Below, one piece after another: positions 46,521 through 56,909 of a stretch of 64,000 nucleotides of DNA. The position numbers and the translations under genes were made by a program. Below the pieces are notes generated by a model. It saw nothing but the letters and a program-made list of their open reading frames with translations. It searched no databases and was not told the DNA's origin. This stretch comes from a virus (taxonomy: Duplodnaviria; Caudoviricetes): the IMG/VR virus record IMGVR_UViG_2639762835_000002; one strand, 5' to 3'. The first letter of the stretch is position 1; every line of letters starts with the position of its first letter.

Positions 46521-48632
46521 TTACGCGATGCGAAACCACAGTGTTACCCTGGTGTCATCACCACCACCTACGTGGCTATACCCCATGGCCTTCCAGGTGC
46601 CAGGCAACGCAACATCTTGAATGCCATCATAGGTATTTGAGGGGTTTGCTGGCCTTAAACTTGAACCCGGGATCGTGCCGGAAATGCCAATGTCGGTAGG
46701 ACTTAGGTTTCTAGCAAAAACATACGTGCCAACTTGCCCCCATCCTCCCGCGACGAGATCCTGATTGCCCTGTGCGGCAGTGTGGTTGTGGGGGTCAACG
46801 ACTCGCGCACTATCCACCCTGACACCATAGGTATTCTGCCCATTCCACCCCATCAATGTGGGTTGGCTCGCGCCCCAGGTTAGTTCTGAATTCAGCGGGT
46901 TCACCGCGCGAGAACCGTCGGGTGCAATGCTGTTTGACGCATCAAAAATGGTGTGATTATTGCCATAGTTTCGCCAGGCCAACTGACCAATCACCGCCCC
47001 CTCTATGCCACTGCCTGTCCATTCACTAAGGCGCCGATAAGGTACTGCGCCGACCTCTGAGGGGGTTGGCTTGCTGGCGGTGGTGTAAACCGCATTGATC
47101 CTGACTGGCGTTGCCCCATCGGGATAAGCGGCTTGCGCCGGGCTGACGGTCGGGTCTGCGCTCACAACATTGATGACTTGAATCGAAACGGGGTACGAAT
47201 AGGGGGCGAGCTTCAACCACAGCTCAATGCGCTCCCCTTGGCGCCGGATCAAAAAGCCAACGTCATCGGGTTGCGCACCTGGCCCTAAAAAGGTGACGTT
47301 GGCCAGGTAGTCAGGCAGAGGGCCTATCCCCACATATCCACGGGATGACAGGGTCACCAGATAGTTGGGGCTATAGGGGCTGCCATAATTGGCGCCGCCG
47401 GAGACCATGGCGGAGTACAGGTTTGCGTTTTCCCCGATGTTGCTGTCCATTTCACAGAGCTTGGCATAAGCGCTGAGCGCCGGGGCATTACTGCCTGATA
47501 CGCGGACAACCGGGTAAGTTGCCGATGCTCGGGCATGGGTTTTGGCCACGGCGCCCGCAGTGGCGTACTTATTGTCGCTGGTATCCGTCAGCTCTGAGGT
47601 CGCAGGCCAGTTGTTCACCTGCTCCAGGCTGATTTCGTGTTTGGTTGGCCAGCGCGTTGCCGTTTCCGGCACCGCGTCCAGATCGCCCCACTGGTGGCGG
47701 TGGCTACCATCCTTTATTTCCACCGCGATGGTGACGCCCTGGGCATCTTCCAGGATGCCCTTGCCGGTGACATCGCCGGTCAGCTCGATGGTGCGCTTGC
47801 GGCGCACGTCGGTGACGCTGCCGTCCGCATTGACGATGGCCACCTTGGCCACATGGTGCTGATAGCCGTTGGCGTCCAGGTAGTCGGTGAGCTCTGGCAC
47901 GCTTAAGCTAAGGGTGAAGTGATTCACCCAGGCATCGAGCAGAGAGCCTGCCCGGTAGATATCGAGCCAGAGCCCCACCGGCTTGGCGCCTGGAGTCACC
48001 TTTTTGACCTCGTTCAGCTCCGCCCGCAGGCCGCCCACGTAGGCCACCCCGGGCTGCACCTTGTAGACCCCCGATGCGTTGACCAGATTAAAGCCGTTGC
48101 CGTAGAAGGTGGCCGGCCCGAAGAACTGCAGCGCCTGCAAGCGCAGGTCGTCGTCCATCCCGCGCAGGCGGGCGGCATAGTCAATCTGCCAGGTGCTGGC
48201 GTCCACGTGGGTGGCGGTGGCCTCGCTTGCCCGGTCGTACTCCATCAGCATGGATTTCACCAGGCTGTTGCCGGTCTGGCCGGTGGCCTCATTGGTCTTG
48301 AGTTTGGTCTCCAGCCCCTTGTGCACAATCATCCCCACCACGCCGCTGGCCCTGTTGATGAGGTACATGGCGTTGAAGCTGAAATCGCCGACCGTGGTGT
48401 CCATCACGATGGTGTAGGCCACCGCGTCGTTGTTGATGCGCCCGCGCTGGTCCACGGTGTGGCGATGCACAATCTGGCCAGCGTCTGGCAGGCTGCCGTC
48501 CGGGTTGATGGGGGCCTCGGGATCGAGGTCCGGCACATTGGCCAGCACGAACTCATCGAGCACCACCGGCACTTGGGTGGCGAGGCACTCCTGCCAGTAG
48601 CGGGAGAAGGCGTTGGTAATGATCTGGCTCAT
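46521..48632 (-). CDS. Tail fibre protein
   Basis: HP1/K139-type N-terminus, HRHQW..VPETATRWP, KPTPSEVGA, PGTWKAMG..LWFRIA tip. Confidence 0.85.
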   Translation of the reverse strand: MSQIITNAFSRYWQECLATQVPVVLDEFVLANVPDLDPEAPINPDGSLPDAGQIVHRHTVDQRGRINNDAVAYTIVMDTTVGDFSFNAMYLINRASGVVGMIVHKGLETKLKTNEATGQTGNSLVKSMLMEYDRASEATATHVDASTWQIDYAARLRGMDDDLRLQALQFFGPATFYGNGFNLVNASGVYKVQPGVAYVGGLRAELNEVKKVTPGAKPVGLWLDIYRAGSLLDAWVNHFTLSLSVPELTDYLDANGYQHHVAKVAIVNADGSVTDVRRKRTIELTGDVTGKGILEDAQGVTIAVEIKDGSHRHQWGDLDAVPETATRWPTKHEISLEQVNNWPATSELTDTSDNKYATAGAVAKTHARASATYPVVRVSGSNAPALSAYAKLCEMDSNIGENANLYSAMVSGGANYGSPYSPNYLVTLSSRGYVGIGPLPDYLANVTFLGPGAQPDDVGFLIRRQGERIELWLKLAPYSYPVSIQVINVVSADPTVSPAQAAYPDGATPVRINAVYTTASKPTPSEVGAVPYRRLSEWTGSGIEGAVIGQLAWRNYGNNHTIFDASNSIAPDGSRAVNPLNSELTWGASQPTLMGWNGQNTYGVRVDSARVVDPHNHTAAQGNQDLVAGGWGQVGTYVFARNLSPTDIGISGTIPGSSLRPANPSNTYDGIQDVALPGTWKAMGYSHVGGGDDTRVTLWFRIA

Positions 48633-49216
48633 GCTGTCCTCTTGAGTGATGCGCCGAACCCCTGCTGGCTCATGTCGATGCGACCGGTGTGCAGGGTGCC
48701 GGTGACCGGGTAAACCACCTGAAAGCGATAGCGGCGGCAGGTGCGGCCATAGTGTTGAATGAGGGTTTCCATCAGTTGCTGGTTGCCGGCGATCGCGCCA
48801 TCGGTCACCTCGATGGTGATGACGTCCCAGGGCGTGCCGGCCTGGCGTTCGTGGATGTCACACCAGCCAATGTCGAGGCGCTCAAAGATGCGCTTGAAGC
48901 CGGCTACCTCGCCGGCGTCCCGGGCGTTGATGAAGGCGAACTTGACCCGCTTGCGAAACAGCGCCAGCGGTTCGCCGTTGAATCGCTTGATGTCCCGCTC
49001 CCAGGCGAGCAGGGAGAGCAGGGACTCCGAGCAGGTCAGCGGGTCTTGCTGGGCCAGCGGCAGCAGCAGCCACCCTTTGAGGCGTTGCCAGAAAGCGTTG
49101 ATGCCCTTGGCCAGAAACCCCGGCTCGGCATGGGCCGGGCTGATGGTGTAACCGTCCTCCCACCAGGGGGCGCTGGCATCGGGCAGGGTGGGGGCCTGCA
49201 GGTCGTGTTTAGTCAT
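48629..49216 (-). CDS. Tail protein (gpI-like)
   Basis: DPLTC..LLAWERDI.RF..EP..LFRKRV..A. Confidence 0.8.
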   Translation of the reverse strand: MTKHDLQAPTLPDASAPWWEDGYTISPAHAEPGFLAKGINAFWQRLKGWLLLPLAQQDPLTCSESLLSLLAWERDIKRFNGEPLALFRKRVKFAFINARDAGEVAGFKRIFERLDIGWCDIHERQAGTPWDVITIEVTDGAIAGNQQLMETLIQHYGRTCRRYRFQVVYPVTGTLHTGRIDMSQQGFGASLKRTA

Positions 49217-50396
49217 GCAGGGTCACCGCCAGCTTGCTCAGGCGCGGGATGGCCAACCCCGACAGGATGTCACTCTCGCTAAAGTGCAGGCTCTGCAGCT
49301 GCGGGAACTGGCTGTGTAGCTCACGGCCCAACTGCGAGAGCGAGAAGCGCGAGCGCGGCCAGGTGCGGGTGACGCTCGGGAAGTCTGCCGACTGGCGAAA
49401 CGCCGCCTTGACCAGGTTCTCGGCGCCAGTCTTGAGCCAGGCCTTCTGCTCGTCGGTGAGGTTGGCCTGTGGCCATAGCTCCAGGGTGAGGCTGTGCTGG
49501 GTTTCAGGCATGGCCATCACGAACAGGTCATCCCCATGGCCATGGTTGCCCTGGCGGCCCACGTAGTCGTTGAGCTGCTCAATCAGGCTGGCCGGGGTCG
49601 CGCCCACCTCCAGCAGGACGTAGGCATTGGCGGTGCCCGGACCCCGGGGGGCCTCATGCTCGAAGAAGATGTGATCGGCACGAATGCCCGCGACGCTGGC
49701 CAGCATCGAGCGATAGATAGCGTCGATGTGGTAGCGACCCACTGCCGAAAACTGGTTCTGGATGCGCAGGCCGAGCGCATCGTTGCCCTCGGCATCGGCG
49801 CCCTGGGTGGTGATCCACTCCTTGTCATCGTTGCGGGCCGACAGGATGCCGGTCACTGGTTCACTGAGCAGGTTGTAGTAACCCGGGGCCAGATTCCAGG
49901 CGGCGCCAGCGTGCTCGGCCTCGCACACCACCCGGGCGACCGCTTCGCCGGCAGGGCTTACCACCGCCTGCAGGGGTTTGAGGCGGTAGATGGTGCCGTT
50001 GATGCGCTCGGTGGTGACCCAGATATCGGCCGGGATGGTGACGGCCTCGCTCGGGTTGGCCTTGACGAAGTTGACCAGGCCCCGGGTCCTCTGGGCGCTC
50101 TTGCGGGTCAAGTCCACATCCCAGGCCTTGAGATCGAGATAGGCATCGGTGGCGGTGGCCGCAAAGGTATTGGGCAGCACATGGCCGGCCAAGAGGGTGC
50201 GGATAAGCCACAGCGCCGGGGTGATCACCACGCTGCGCACCAGGCGCCAGAACGGGCTCACGTCGCTGTCATTGGTGATGAGCGAGCCGGCGGCCACCAC
50301 CTCCTTCTTGAGCTCGGCCTCCATGGCCGCCTCGGTGGTCGGGACACCGGTCTCGGCCAGCAGGGCCATAAAGTCCACGGTTGGGCGCAGGTTCAC
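49209..50396 (-). CDS. Baseplate J-like protein
   Basis: SPFWRL, APRGPGTANAY. Confidence 0.85.
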   Translation of the reverse strand: MNLRPTVDFMALLAETGVPTTEAAMEAELKKEVVAAGSLITNDSDVSPFWRLVRSVVITPALWLIRTLLAGHVLPNTFAATATDAYLDLKAWDVDLTRKSAQRTRGLVNFVKANPSEAVTIPADIWVTTERINGTIYRLKPLQAVVSPAGEAVARVVCEAEHAGAAWNLAPGYYNLLSEPVTGILSARNDDKEWITTQGADAEGNDALGLRIQNQFSAVGRYHIDAIYRSMLASVAGIRADHIFFEHEAPRGPGTANAYVLLEVGATPASLIEQLNDYVGRQGNHGHGDDLFVMAMPETQHSLTLELWPQANLTDEQKAWLKTGAENLVKAAFRQSADFPSVTRTWPRSRFSLSQLGRELHSQFPQLQSLHFSESDILSGLAIPRLSKLAVTLHD

Positions 50397-50716
50397 AGGG
50401 TTACCTCCAGTTCGCCGAATTCATAGGTGCGAGCGGTGACCAGCACCCGGTCGGGGGCCTCTTCACGGATCACGATGGTGCCCGGCACCAGCCGCTCGTC
50501 GTCTTCTACCAGCAGTTCAATCTCGGTCATCACATCCGCGCGCAGGGTCGGGCTGCGCTCGCCGATGAGCTTGCGGGCCAGCCCCGACTCCATGATGCGG
50601 TGCTTGATGTCCTGGCCGATGCTGTGGCGGTCCTGGGTGGTGCGCGGCTGGCCGCCGGCATCGAGTTGCCAGGCGCCGTTCACCACCAGGAGATCGATGT
50701 ACTTAGGCTCACTCAT
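50393..50716 (-). CDS. DUF2590-like baseplate wedge protein
   Basis: YIDLL, IGQDIKHRIMESGL, VEDDERLVPGT. Confidence 0.8.
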   Translation of the reverse strand: MSEPKYIDLLVVNGAWQLDAGGQPRTTQDRHSIGQDIKHRIMESGLARKLIGERSPTLRADVMTEIELLVEDDERLVPGTIVIREEAPDRVLVTARTYEFGELEVTL

Positions 50717-52594
50717 TACTTGGTCTCCAGCCAGGCGTTCTCGGCCATCTGCTCCGGCGTCATCGGGTTCTGGCTGGTCATGTGCACTTCGCCGATGTGA
50801 ATGGCCTTGGTCGGCTTCTGGTTGGCTGTCGTCGCGGCCGCATTGGCCTGGATCAGCTGCTGGCCAATGCCACCGGATGGGATGCTGCTCTGGCCGCCCT
50901 GGCGATAACGGGCGAGCGGGGCATTGATGTTCTCGGGGTTCGGCAGGTTGAGGTCAGGCATTGCAGAGCTGATATCCAGGTCAATCCCTGGCAATACATT
51001 GAGTTTTTCCAGTACCCATTGGATGGCTTTACCCACGGCCCAGATAGGCGATAGCAACAGCTTGAAGACTGTTCCTAGAATGGTTCCAGCTGCCTCCCCG
51101 AGTGCGATCATGTTGGTGAAGGCGCCTGAGGCTTCATTGGTTGTTCCAAGCCACTGGGCGATGATGCCGATCAGACTCGCCATCCCAGATTACCGGCAAA
51201 ATGGCGGCCCAAGGCTCGAATACGGTTGATATAGCTGGGGCCATGGCAGAGATGAGGCCGCTGAAAAATGCTTTGATGGGTTCCCACCACATCACAAGAG
51301 CTGCAATGGCAGCGACTACTGCCAGAATGGGCCACGCTAGAGCCCCGAATACGATACCCAGACCCACGACGGCCAACTGAGCCATTCCGACGAGCAGCAA
51401 CCAAGCGCCGGTAACCACTCCCAGACCGATAAAAGCCAGAGCGGCATAGCTGATCACCTTGGTGAGGTTCGGGAAGAGGTGAGTCCAGCGCAGCACATCA
51501 TTGGCGCCATCGGCAAAGACGCCGACCACCGCATTGATGGCAGGCAGCACCACGCCGAAGGCGGCGGCACGGATGGCAAACCATGCTTGCGTCACCCGTT
51601 CCCACTGGTCGGTCATTGAGGCGGCCATCTGCTCGGCCTTGCCCATGCCGTGGGTGTTGGCCAGCGCATTGATGTTGGTGGCCAGCCCCTTGGTGTTGGT
51701 CATCAGCAGCTTGATCATGGCAACTGCCTCATCCGAGCCGAACGCCTTCTTGAGCTCATCCCCCTCGGCCACGCTCATGGTCTCGCCGTAACGCATCTTG
51801 AGCTTGTCCAGGATGGTCAGCACCGGCAGCATGTTGCCTGCCGAGTCGGTGAACTGCATGCCGAGCGCCTTCTGAGCGCCACCGACACCAGCCAGGAACG
51901 ACTTGAACTTGGTACCAGCCTCGCCGCCACTCATGGTGGCTTGCAGTTGGCCGATCACGGCGAACTGCTCATCCATCGAGACGCCCGCGGCGGTGGCGTT
52001 GGCACCGATCGCCCCAAAGGCATCGGCCATGCCCTGGCCAGTGGTCTTGAAAAGCTGCACCGCCAGCGCGGTCTTGCCGGCCACATTTTCGACCCAGTTG
52101 GCCTTGCCCATCTGCTTGGCCTGCTGCTCGAAGATGCCGTACATGGTGCCCATGTAGTTGGTGATGGTGGCGGTATCGGCTTTGGTGGCCTTGGCCAGGG
52201 TGGTGGAAGCGCGGGTAAAGGCGGGCAGTTCGTTCCCCTCCAGCCCGGCGATCGCGGATTGGATATCGTAGGAGGAGCGCACGATCTCGGTGGCCGACTC
52301 ACCATACTGGATGGAGAGTTTGAGCGCCTCGCGGCCCAGCGCCCCGAGCACATCCTTTTGCACATCAAGGGAGGCCACTTCCGCCAGCGCCCGATCCATT
52401 TCGATGGCGGGACCTAGGGCCCCCTGGATCGCCATGACGCCGCCAGCGACGGTGGTGGCCCCCATGGCCATGTTGCTCCAGCCCTGGCGGCCCGCCTTGC
52501 TGACCTTGTCCATCTGGGCATTGATGCCGGCAAGGGGCTTGGTGACCTGGTCAACCAACGCCACCTGCATCATCAATTTTTCCATCCAGGCCAT
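50716..52594 (-). pseudogene. Tape measure protein, frameshifted near 51180
   Basis: 486-aa TMP-like ORF plus a 155-aa C-terminal fragment in another frame, junction TGGGATGGCGAGT. Confidence 0.75.
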
Positions 52595-52603
52595 AGGGGT
52601 CTC

Positions 52604-53052
52604 TTATCCGTTCAGTGCTTTGGCGATACCCTCGGCCACGGCGATGGCGTTGGAGTCTCGGTGGTACTTGTCTAACCAGGTAGCGCGAGCCAGGCTCTCG
52701 ATGTCGTCATCCTCATGGGGCAGGTAGTAGCGTCGCAGCGCCAGCACCTGCTCCAGTTGGTTGCGCTCGATGGCCTCGGCACGCGCGGTCAGTTTTTTAC
52801 GGTGATGTCCAGATCAGGGGCGAACTCTTTGTTGATGGCGCCCGCCAGCTGCAGCGCGGCACTGGGACGCTTGAGCAGCTCATCGAGGGCCTCTTTGCTA
52901 TCGGTGCAGACGATCTTCTTCAGGTAGTTGTGAGCCGGCGCCACCTTGTCGCTCATCGACAGCCCGTTGATGTAGCTGTTGTAGGCCACCAGGGTGGGCG
53001 CAAAGCTGATATCGGTGCCGGCGATGGTCAGGGTGATGGTTTGTTTGTTCAT
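52604..53052 (-). CDS. Tail assembly chaperone (52789-53052) with -1 frameshift extension to 52604
   Basis: Slippery A AAA AAC just before TGA; -1 frame reads LTARAEAIERNQLEQVLALRRYYLPHEDDD..ALNG*. Confidence 0.8.
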
Positions 53053-53348
53053 GGGGTGGCTTCCTCTTGGGTTATCCAGTGATTCAGGGTGTTGAGCTGG
53101 GTTTGGCAGCGGCGCAGTGCGCCCTGCAGGGTGGGGATAAAGGCCACTGCCTCGCCCCAGGTCGTGCCGTTAAATTCAGGTTCCGGGCAGTGGGGCACCA
53201 ACCCGGGTGGAGGTAGCCGCTTGACCACCTGGGTTTGCACCACGGTCGTGGGCTGGCTGGAGCAGGCGCAGAGCATCGCTAGGCAGAGGCTCACGAGCGC
53301 AATCCGGGCGGTCCGCCGGCGGCGTGGCCAAGGCTTCTTGCAGTTCAT
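53049..53348 (-). CDS. o-spanin (Rz1-like); true start probably internal
   Basis: Lipobox-like LCAC, PPPGLVPHCPEP; overlaps the Rz-like gene. Confidence 0.7.
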   Translation of the reverse strand: MNCKKPWPRRRRTARIALVSLCLAMLCACSSQPTTVVQTQVVKRLPPPGLVPHCPEPEFNGTTWGEAVAFIPTLQGALRRCQTQLNTLNHWITQEEATP

Positions 53349-53607
53349 CGGCGGTTTTCCTGTTCTGGTTGTCGAGCTCGGCCAACGCCGCGTTCTGGTT
53401 GTCGAGCAGCAGACGCAACCCCTTTGCTTGCCGTTGCAGAGCCAGGAGCTCGGTCGCCTGCTGGCCGTTGGCTGTCTGCAGGTCAGTGATCGTGGTCTGC
53501 TGCGCGGTCAAGGTGCGCTGCATGTCCACCGTGTGGCGGTGGCTGACATAGAGCGCCAACACCAGCAGCAGGCCAACAATTCCCAGTACCTTGCTGATGG
53601 TGCTCAT
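53176..53607 (-). CDS. i-spanin (Rz-like)
   Basis: N-terminal TM, coiled coil, CAREPLP. Confidence 0.75.
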   Translation of the reverse strand: MSTISKVLGIVGLLLVLALYVSHRHTVDMQRTLTAQQTTITDLQTANGQQATELLALQRQAKGLRLLLDNQNAALAELDNQNRKTADELQEALATPPADRPDCAREPLPSDALRLLQPAHDRGANPGGQAATSTRVGAPLPGT

Positions 53608-54083
53608 GCTTCCACCATGGACAGCCGGGCTGGCGTACCGATCGGCAGCTCACCCACCGGCAGCGGCTCATTCAATGGCCAGCGGTAACCGGTGACGCGG
53701 GTCAGTGGAAATTCACGGATATTCACCTCATCTCCTTGGTTGCCACCCAGCACCAGTAGGTTGCCGGAGGGTGACTTGCCGACCACGAATCCCACATGGC
53801 CACCACCGTCACGGGTGAACACCACCACGCAGCCAAGCACGGGGCGATCCAGTTTCTCGCCCCAGTCCAGGTAACTCTTGGCACTCTCGAAGCGGGTCGA
53901 CTGGATACCGACCCGTTCAAGGCAAGCCCCGACAAAGGCGGCGCACCACGGGGTTTCATCGTCTTTGATGCCGCCCCGCTTGATCGCCTTCCACATATCC
54001 AGGATGGCCTGGGCATGTTTGGGCCCTTTAATCTCTCTGAGGCCCAAGAACTTGCGAGCCTCTTCAATCCAGCGCAGCGCCAT
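53604..54083 (-). CDS. TIGR02594-type (NlpC/P60-like) putative endolysin
   Basis: DDETPWCAAFVG, GGGHVGF, LGGNQ; lies between holin and spanins. Confidence 0.82.
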   Translation of the reverse strand: MALRWIEEARKFLGLREIKGPKHAQAILDMWKAIKRGGIKDDETPWCAAFVGACLERVGIQSTRFESAKSYLDWGEKLDRPVLGCVVVFTRDGGGHVGFVVGKSPSGNLLVLGGNQGDEVNIREFPLTRVTGYRWPLNEPLPVGELPIGTPARLSMVEA

Positions 54084-54084
54084 G

Positions 54085-54405
54085 TCATCCCTCCTTCTTG
54101 TTGAAAACCGTCTTTGCCCGATCGCGGATAAAGTCCATGCCGAGTAGCCCCACCATGCCGCCGATAAAGGGGGATGCCTCATAGGGCACGCCCAGCAGGG
54201 TGGTGCCGGAGGCGGCGGCCAAGGTGATCAGGCCGCACATGGTGGATTCGATCAGGCGGCGGCGCCCGCCGCCGCCGTCATAGGTGATGCGCATAAACGA
54301 AATGCTCAGCGCCAGCAGCGCCCCGGAAACTGCGGGCCAGTTGTCCATCAGCCAGGCCAGCAGGGCGGCCCAGAGGGTGGGGTCTTTGTTTGGCATAGGG
54401 TTCAT
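54085..54405 (-). CDS. Lambda S-family holin
   Basis: MPNKDP, MRITYDGGG, FIGGMVG.LG. Confidence 0.85.
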   Translation of the reverse strand: MNPMPNKDPTLWAALLAWLMDNWPAVSGALLALSISFMRITYDGGGGRRRLIESTMCGLITLAAASGTTLLGVPYEASPFIGGMVGLLGMDFIRDRAKTVFNKKEG

Positions 54406-54421
54406 ATCCCGTTCTCGATAC

Positions 54422-54631
54422 TTATTGGCCGCGACGCTCTGCGCGGCTCTGGCAGGGCACACACTTGCGCACCCCTGGGACTCGCTGGCGGCGTTCCTCC
54501 GGGATCGGGTCATCGCATGCTTCGCAAAGGTGCAAGCTCTCGCCCTGGTAGTGGCTGCGGCCAAGCTGGCTATCCAGCTGGGCCGCCAGCATCCGCTCGG
54601 CGTGTTGGGTGGCGCGGTCGATCAGATCCAT
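54422..54631 (-). CDS. TraR/DksA C4-type zinc-finger protein
   Basis: MDLIDRA..CEACDDPIPEERRQRVPGVRKCVPCQ. Confidence 0.88.
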   Translation of the reverse strand: MDLIDRATQHAERMLAAQLDSQLGRSHYQGESLHLCEACDDPIPEERRQRVPGVRKCVPCQSRAERRGQ

Positions 54632-54634
54632 CGG

Positions 54635-55090
54635 TTAGCCCTTGAGGTGACGGGTGTCGTCATCCGACAGGTACGGCATGCCGTTGATGTGCACGAAGTC
54701 CGGCGAGGTGACGAACCCCTTGATTTTGTGCACTCCCTTGCTGCCGCCTTTGGGATCGATATCGAGCAGGTCAGAGATCACCAGCTTCACGCCAAAGGCT
54801 TCCACCTTCATGGTCTCGTCGCCGGTGTCGGCGTAGAACAGCACATCGTCTGGCTTCATGCCGCGCCAGCTGCCCTGACGCTTGGCGCTCTCACACAGCA
54901 TCTTGAAGTTCTTGGCATCGAGCTCGAACTCCAGCTCTGCGGCCACATCCCCATCGATATAGCCATCAGGGATGCCACGGGTTTGCGCCACGGCGCTGTT
55001 GTCAGTGATTGAGAGGCTGGCCTTCTCGATGTGCACCATGGTGCCCATCAGGGTGGTGTCGAAGGACTGGCCTGAAATACGGCGGGTCAT
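54635..55090 (-). CDS. Tail tube protein (HP1-type)
   Basis: RISG..FD, TRGIPDGY, VTSPDFV.ING. Confidence 0.85.
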   Translation of the reverse strand: MTRRISGQSFDTTLMGTMVHIEKASLSITDNSAVAQTRGIPDGYIDGDVAAELEFELDAKNFKMLCESAKRQGSWRGMKPDDVLFYADTGDETMKVEAFGVKLVISDLLDIDPKGGSKGVHKIKGFVTSPDFVHINGMPYLSDDDTRHLKG

Positions 55091-55093
55091 GGG

Positions 55094-56218
55094 TTAGCCC
55101 TCCCCGTTGTTAAGGCTCAAATCGAGCATGATGTTGACGGTGATCCCTTTGGGGCAGTCCACGGTGCGCACGACCACATAGATGGAGACCAGGTTCTTGG
55201 CAGTCCACTGGATGCGGATGTCGCCATCCTTGGGGGAGGCGATGTCACCCGGGAACGGCTGGCCGTTGATGGTGATGGCGCTGGCCATCTGGCGCAGGTC
55301 CTTGCCAAAGAACATGACGGCGGCCTCGGTGCTGCCCGGGGTGGAGTTGAACGAGCGATCGCCTATGCGGGCGATGGCGCGCAGGCGCATCCAGCGGGCG
55401 ACCTTGTAAGCAACACGCAGGTTTTCGATCACCTGGTAGTCGCCGCCCTCGACGTCCAGGGGGCGGCCATCGGCCCAATAGGTGCCGTCAAAGTCCGGGT
55501 ACCACATCGGCACCGAGTAACGGTTGGCTTCCAGGGTCTGCAGGGTGGCCAGCTGCAGTTCGGTGCCGTCCTTGTCCTTGGGGGTCGCGCCAAGGCCGAC
55601 CACAGCGCCAGTTTTCACCCGGCAAGGGCTGTCTGCGATGCTCACTGCCCGGTTGCATAGGCGGCCGGCGTAAGCCCCGATGAGGTTTGGCCACAGCTGC
55701 GGGACCAGGGAGACCGATTCAGCCGCGATGCCATTCTGCAGGGCGGCCAGCTCAGCCTCGTATTCGCTCCAGTCCTGACCACCCTCGGCGGTGGAGACAA
55801 TGCCCGGTACCGCCAGCAGCATGGCTTGCCAGCGACCCCACTTGGCGATCAGCTCTTGGTTGAGGGCGTGAGCGGCGTTGATTTTGGTCGCGTCCCACTC
55901 CTGCCCCAGCACCACGACTGCCTCGAATGACTGGGTTTTCTGGGCGGAGCGAACGGCATCCTTCCAATCCATGTCGGTCGGTAGCACAAAGGCGGCGGCC
56001 GTCCAGTTCTGGCCGGCGTTGTCGCGGGCGGCCAGCAGGTTGGTTTTCAGTTCGCTGTCAGCCTCGCCCAGCAGCGTGTCAAAGTCGGACTGGGTATTGA
56101 GCGAGAGCAGCTTGTTGGTGTTGGTCGGCGCACTGCCGATGAACAGCAGGTGACGCTCGACTTCCGTCACTGGCCCCTGCATCTGGTTCAAGTTGTTGAT
56201 CTGTACATAAGGCCACAT
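55094..56218 (-). CDS. Tail sheath protein (HP1-type)
   Basis: MWPYVQINNLNQMQG, IADSPCRVKTG, CPKGITVNIMLD. Confidence 0.88.
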   Translation of the reverse strand: MWPYVQINNLNQMQGPVTEVERHLLFIGSAPTNTNKLLSLNTQSDFDTLLGEADSELKTNLLAARDNAGQNWTAAAFVLPTDMDWKDAVRSAQKTQSFEAVVVLGQEWDATKINAAHALNQELIAKWGRWQAMLLAVPGIVSTAEGGQDWSEYEAELAALQNGIAAESVSLVPQLWPNLIGAYAGRLCNRAVSIADSPCRVKTGAVVGLGATPKDKDGTELQLATLQTLEANRYSVPMWYPDFDGTYWADGRPLDVEGGDYQVIENLRVAYKVARWMRLRAIARIGDRSFNSTPGSTEAAVMFFGKDLRQMASAITINGQPFPGDIASPKDGDIRIQWTAKNLVSIYVVVRTVDCPKGITVNIMLDLSLNNGEG

Positions 56219-56222
56219 GCCG

Positions 56223-56909
56223 TTATTTCCCCTTCATGCCTTGCTTGTTGACGTCCCAGCCGTAGTTGATGCTCTGCAGCGCACGGGCAAAGGCCTGTTC
56301 GCGCTGCTGGGTGTTGGCGCCTAGGAACGGGCGGGCTGGTAGCTGGATCTCCCAGCTCTCTTTGACCGGTTCATCTTTGAGCTTCTTGATCAGCAACCCA
56401 GCCTGGGCGTAGTTGAGGTTGCCCGTTATCCAGCCCAGCGAGGCCGAGCGGTATGAGCGCTTGCGCTTGCCCGGGCGCTTGAACCCCAGTTCCCGCAACT
56501 TGCGGGCTTGTGCCTTGCTGGCCTGCTTGTTCTTGCTGCCGTCGCTGGGGGCAATACGGCGCCGGCTGGCTGCCGTCACCTTGTAGGTGTGCCCCTTCTG
56601 GTGGGTGTTGGCGATGACCCCGGCGTGGGCGCTCATGGTGCCCTTGGTGAAGCCCAGCTCCGCCACGTCCTGACGAGGCTCGCGGATCTGCAACAGCTTG
56701 GGCAGGCCACGCAACATCTTGCGTTTGCCCCGCTTGCGCGGCGCCCACGGCTGGCCGTTGGGGTCTTGTTGCTGGCGCACGTGACGGGCAGCCAGCTTCT
56801 TCATCTCATTCGCTGCTCGCCACACCAGGCGCTTGCGCTGCTTGGGCGGCAGGGTCAGCAGGTTGAGCTGGTCTTTGCCACGACGGGTATCCAGGGTGAT
56901 GGTGATCAT
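56223..56909 (-). CDS. Virion morphogenesis / tail completion protein (gpS-like)
   Basis: QQDPNGQPWAPRK, LPARPFLG. Confidence 0.8.
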   Translation of the reverse strand: MITITLDTRRGKDQLNLLTLPPKQRKRLVWRAANEMKKLAARHVRQQQDPNGQPWAPRKRGKRKMLRGLPKLLQIREPRQDVAELGFTKGTMSAHAGVIANTHQKGHTYKVTAASRRRIAPSDGSKNKQASKAQARKLRELGFKRPGKRKRSYRSASLGWITGNLNYAQAGLLIKKLKDEPVKESWEIQLPARPFLGANTQQREQAFARALQSINYGWDVNKQGMKGK

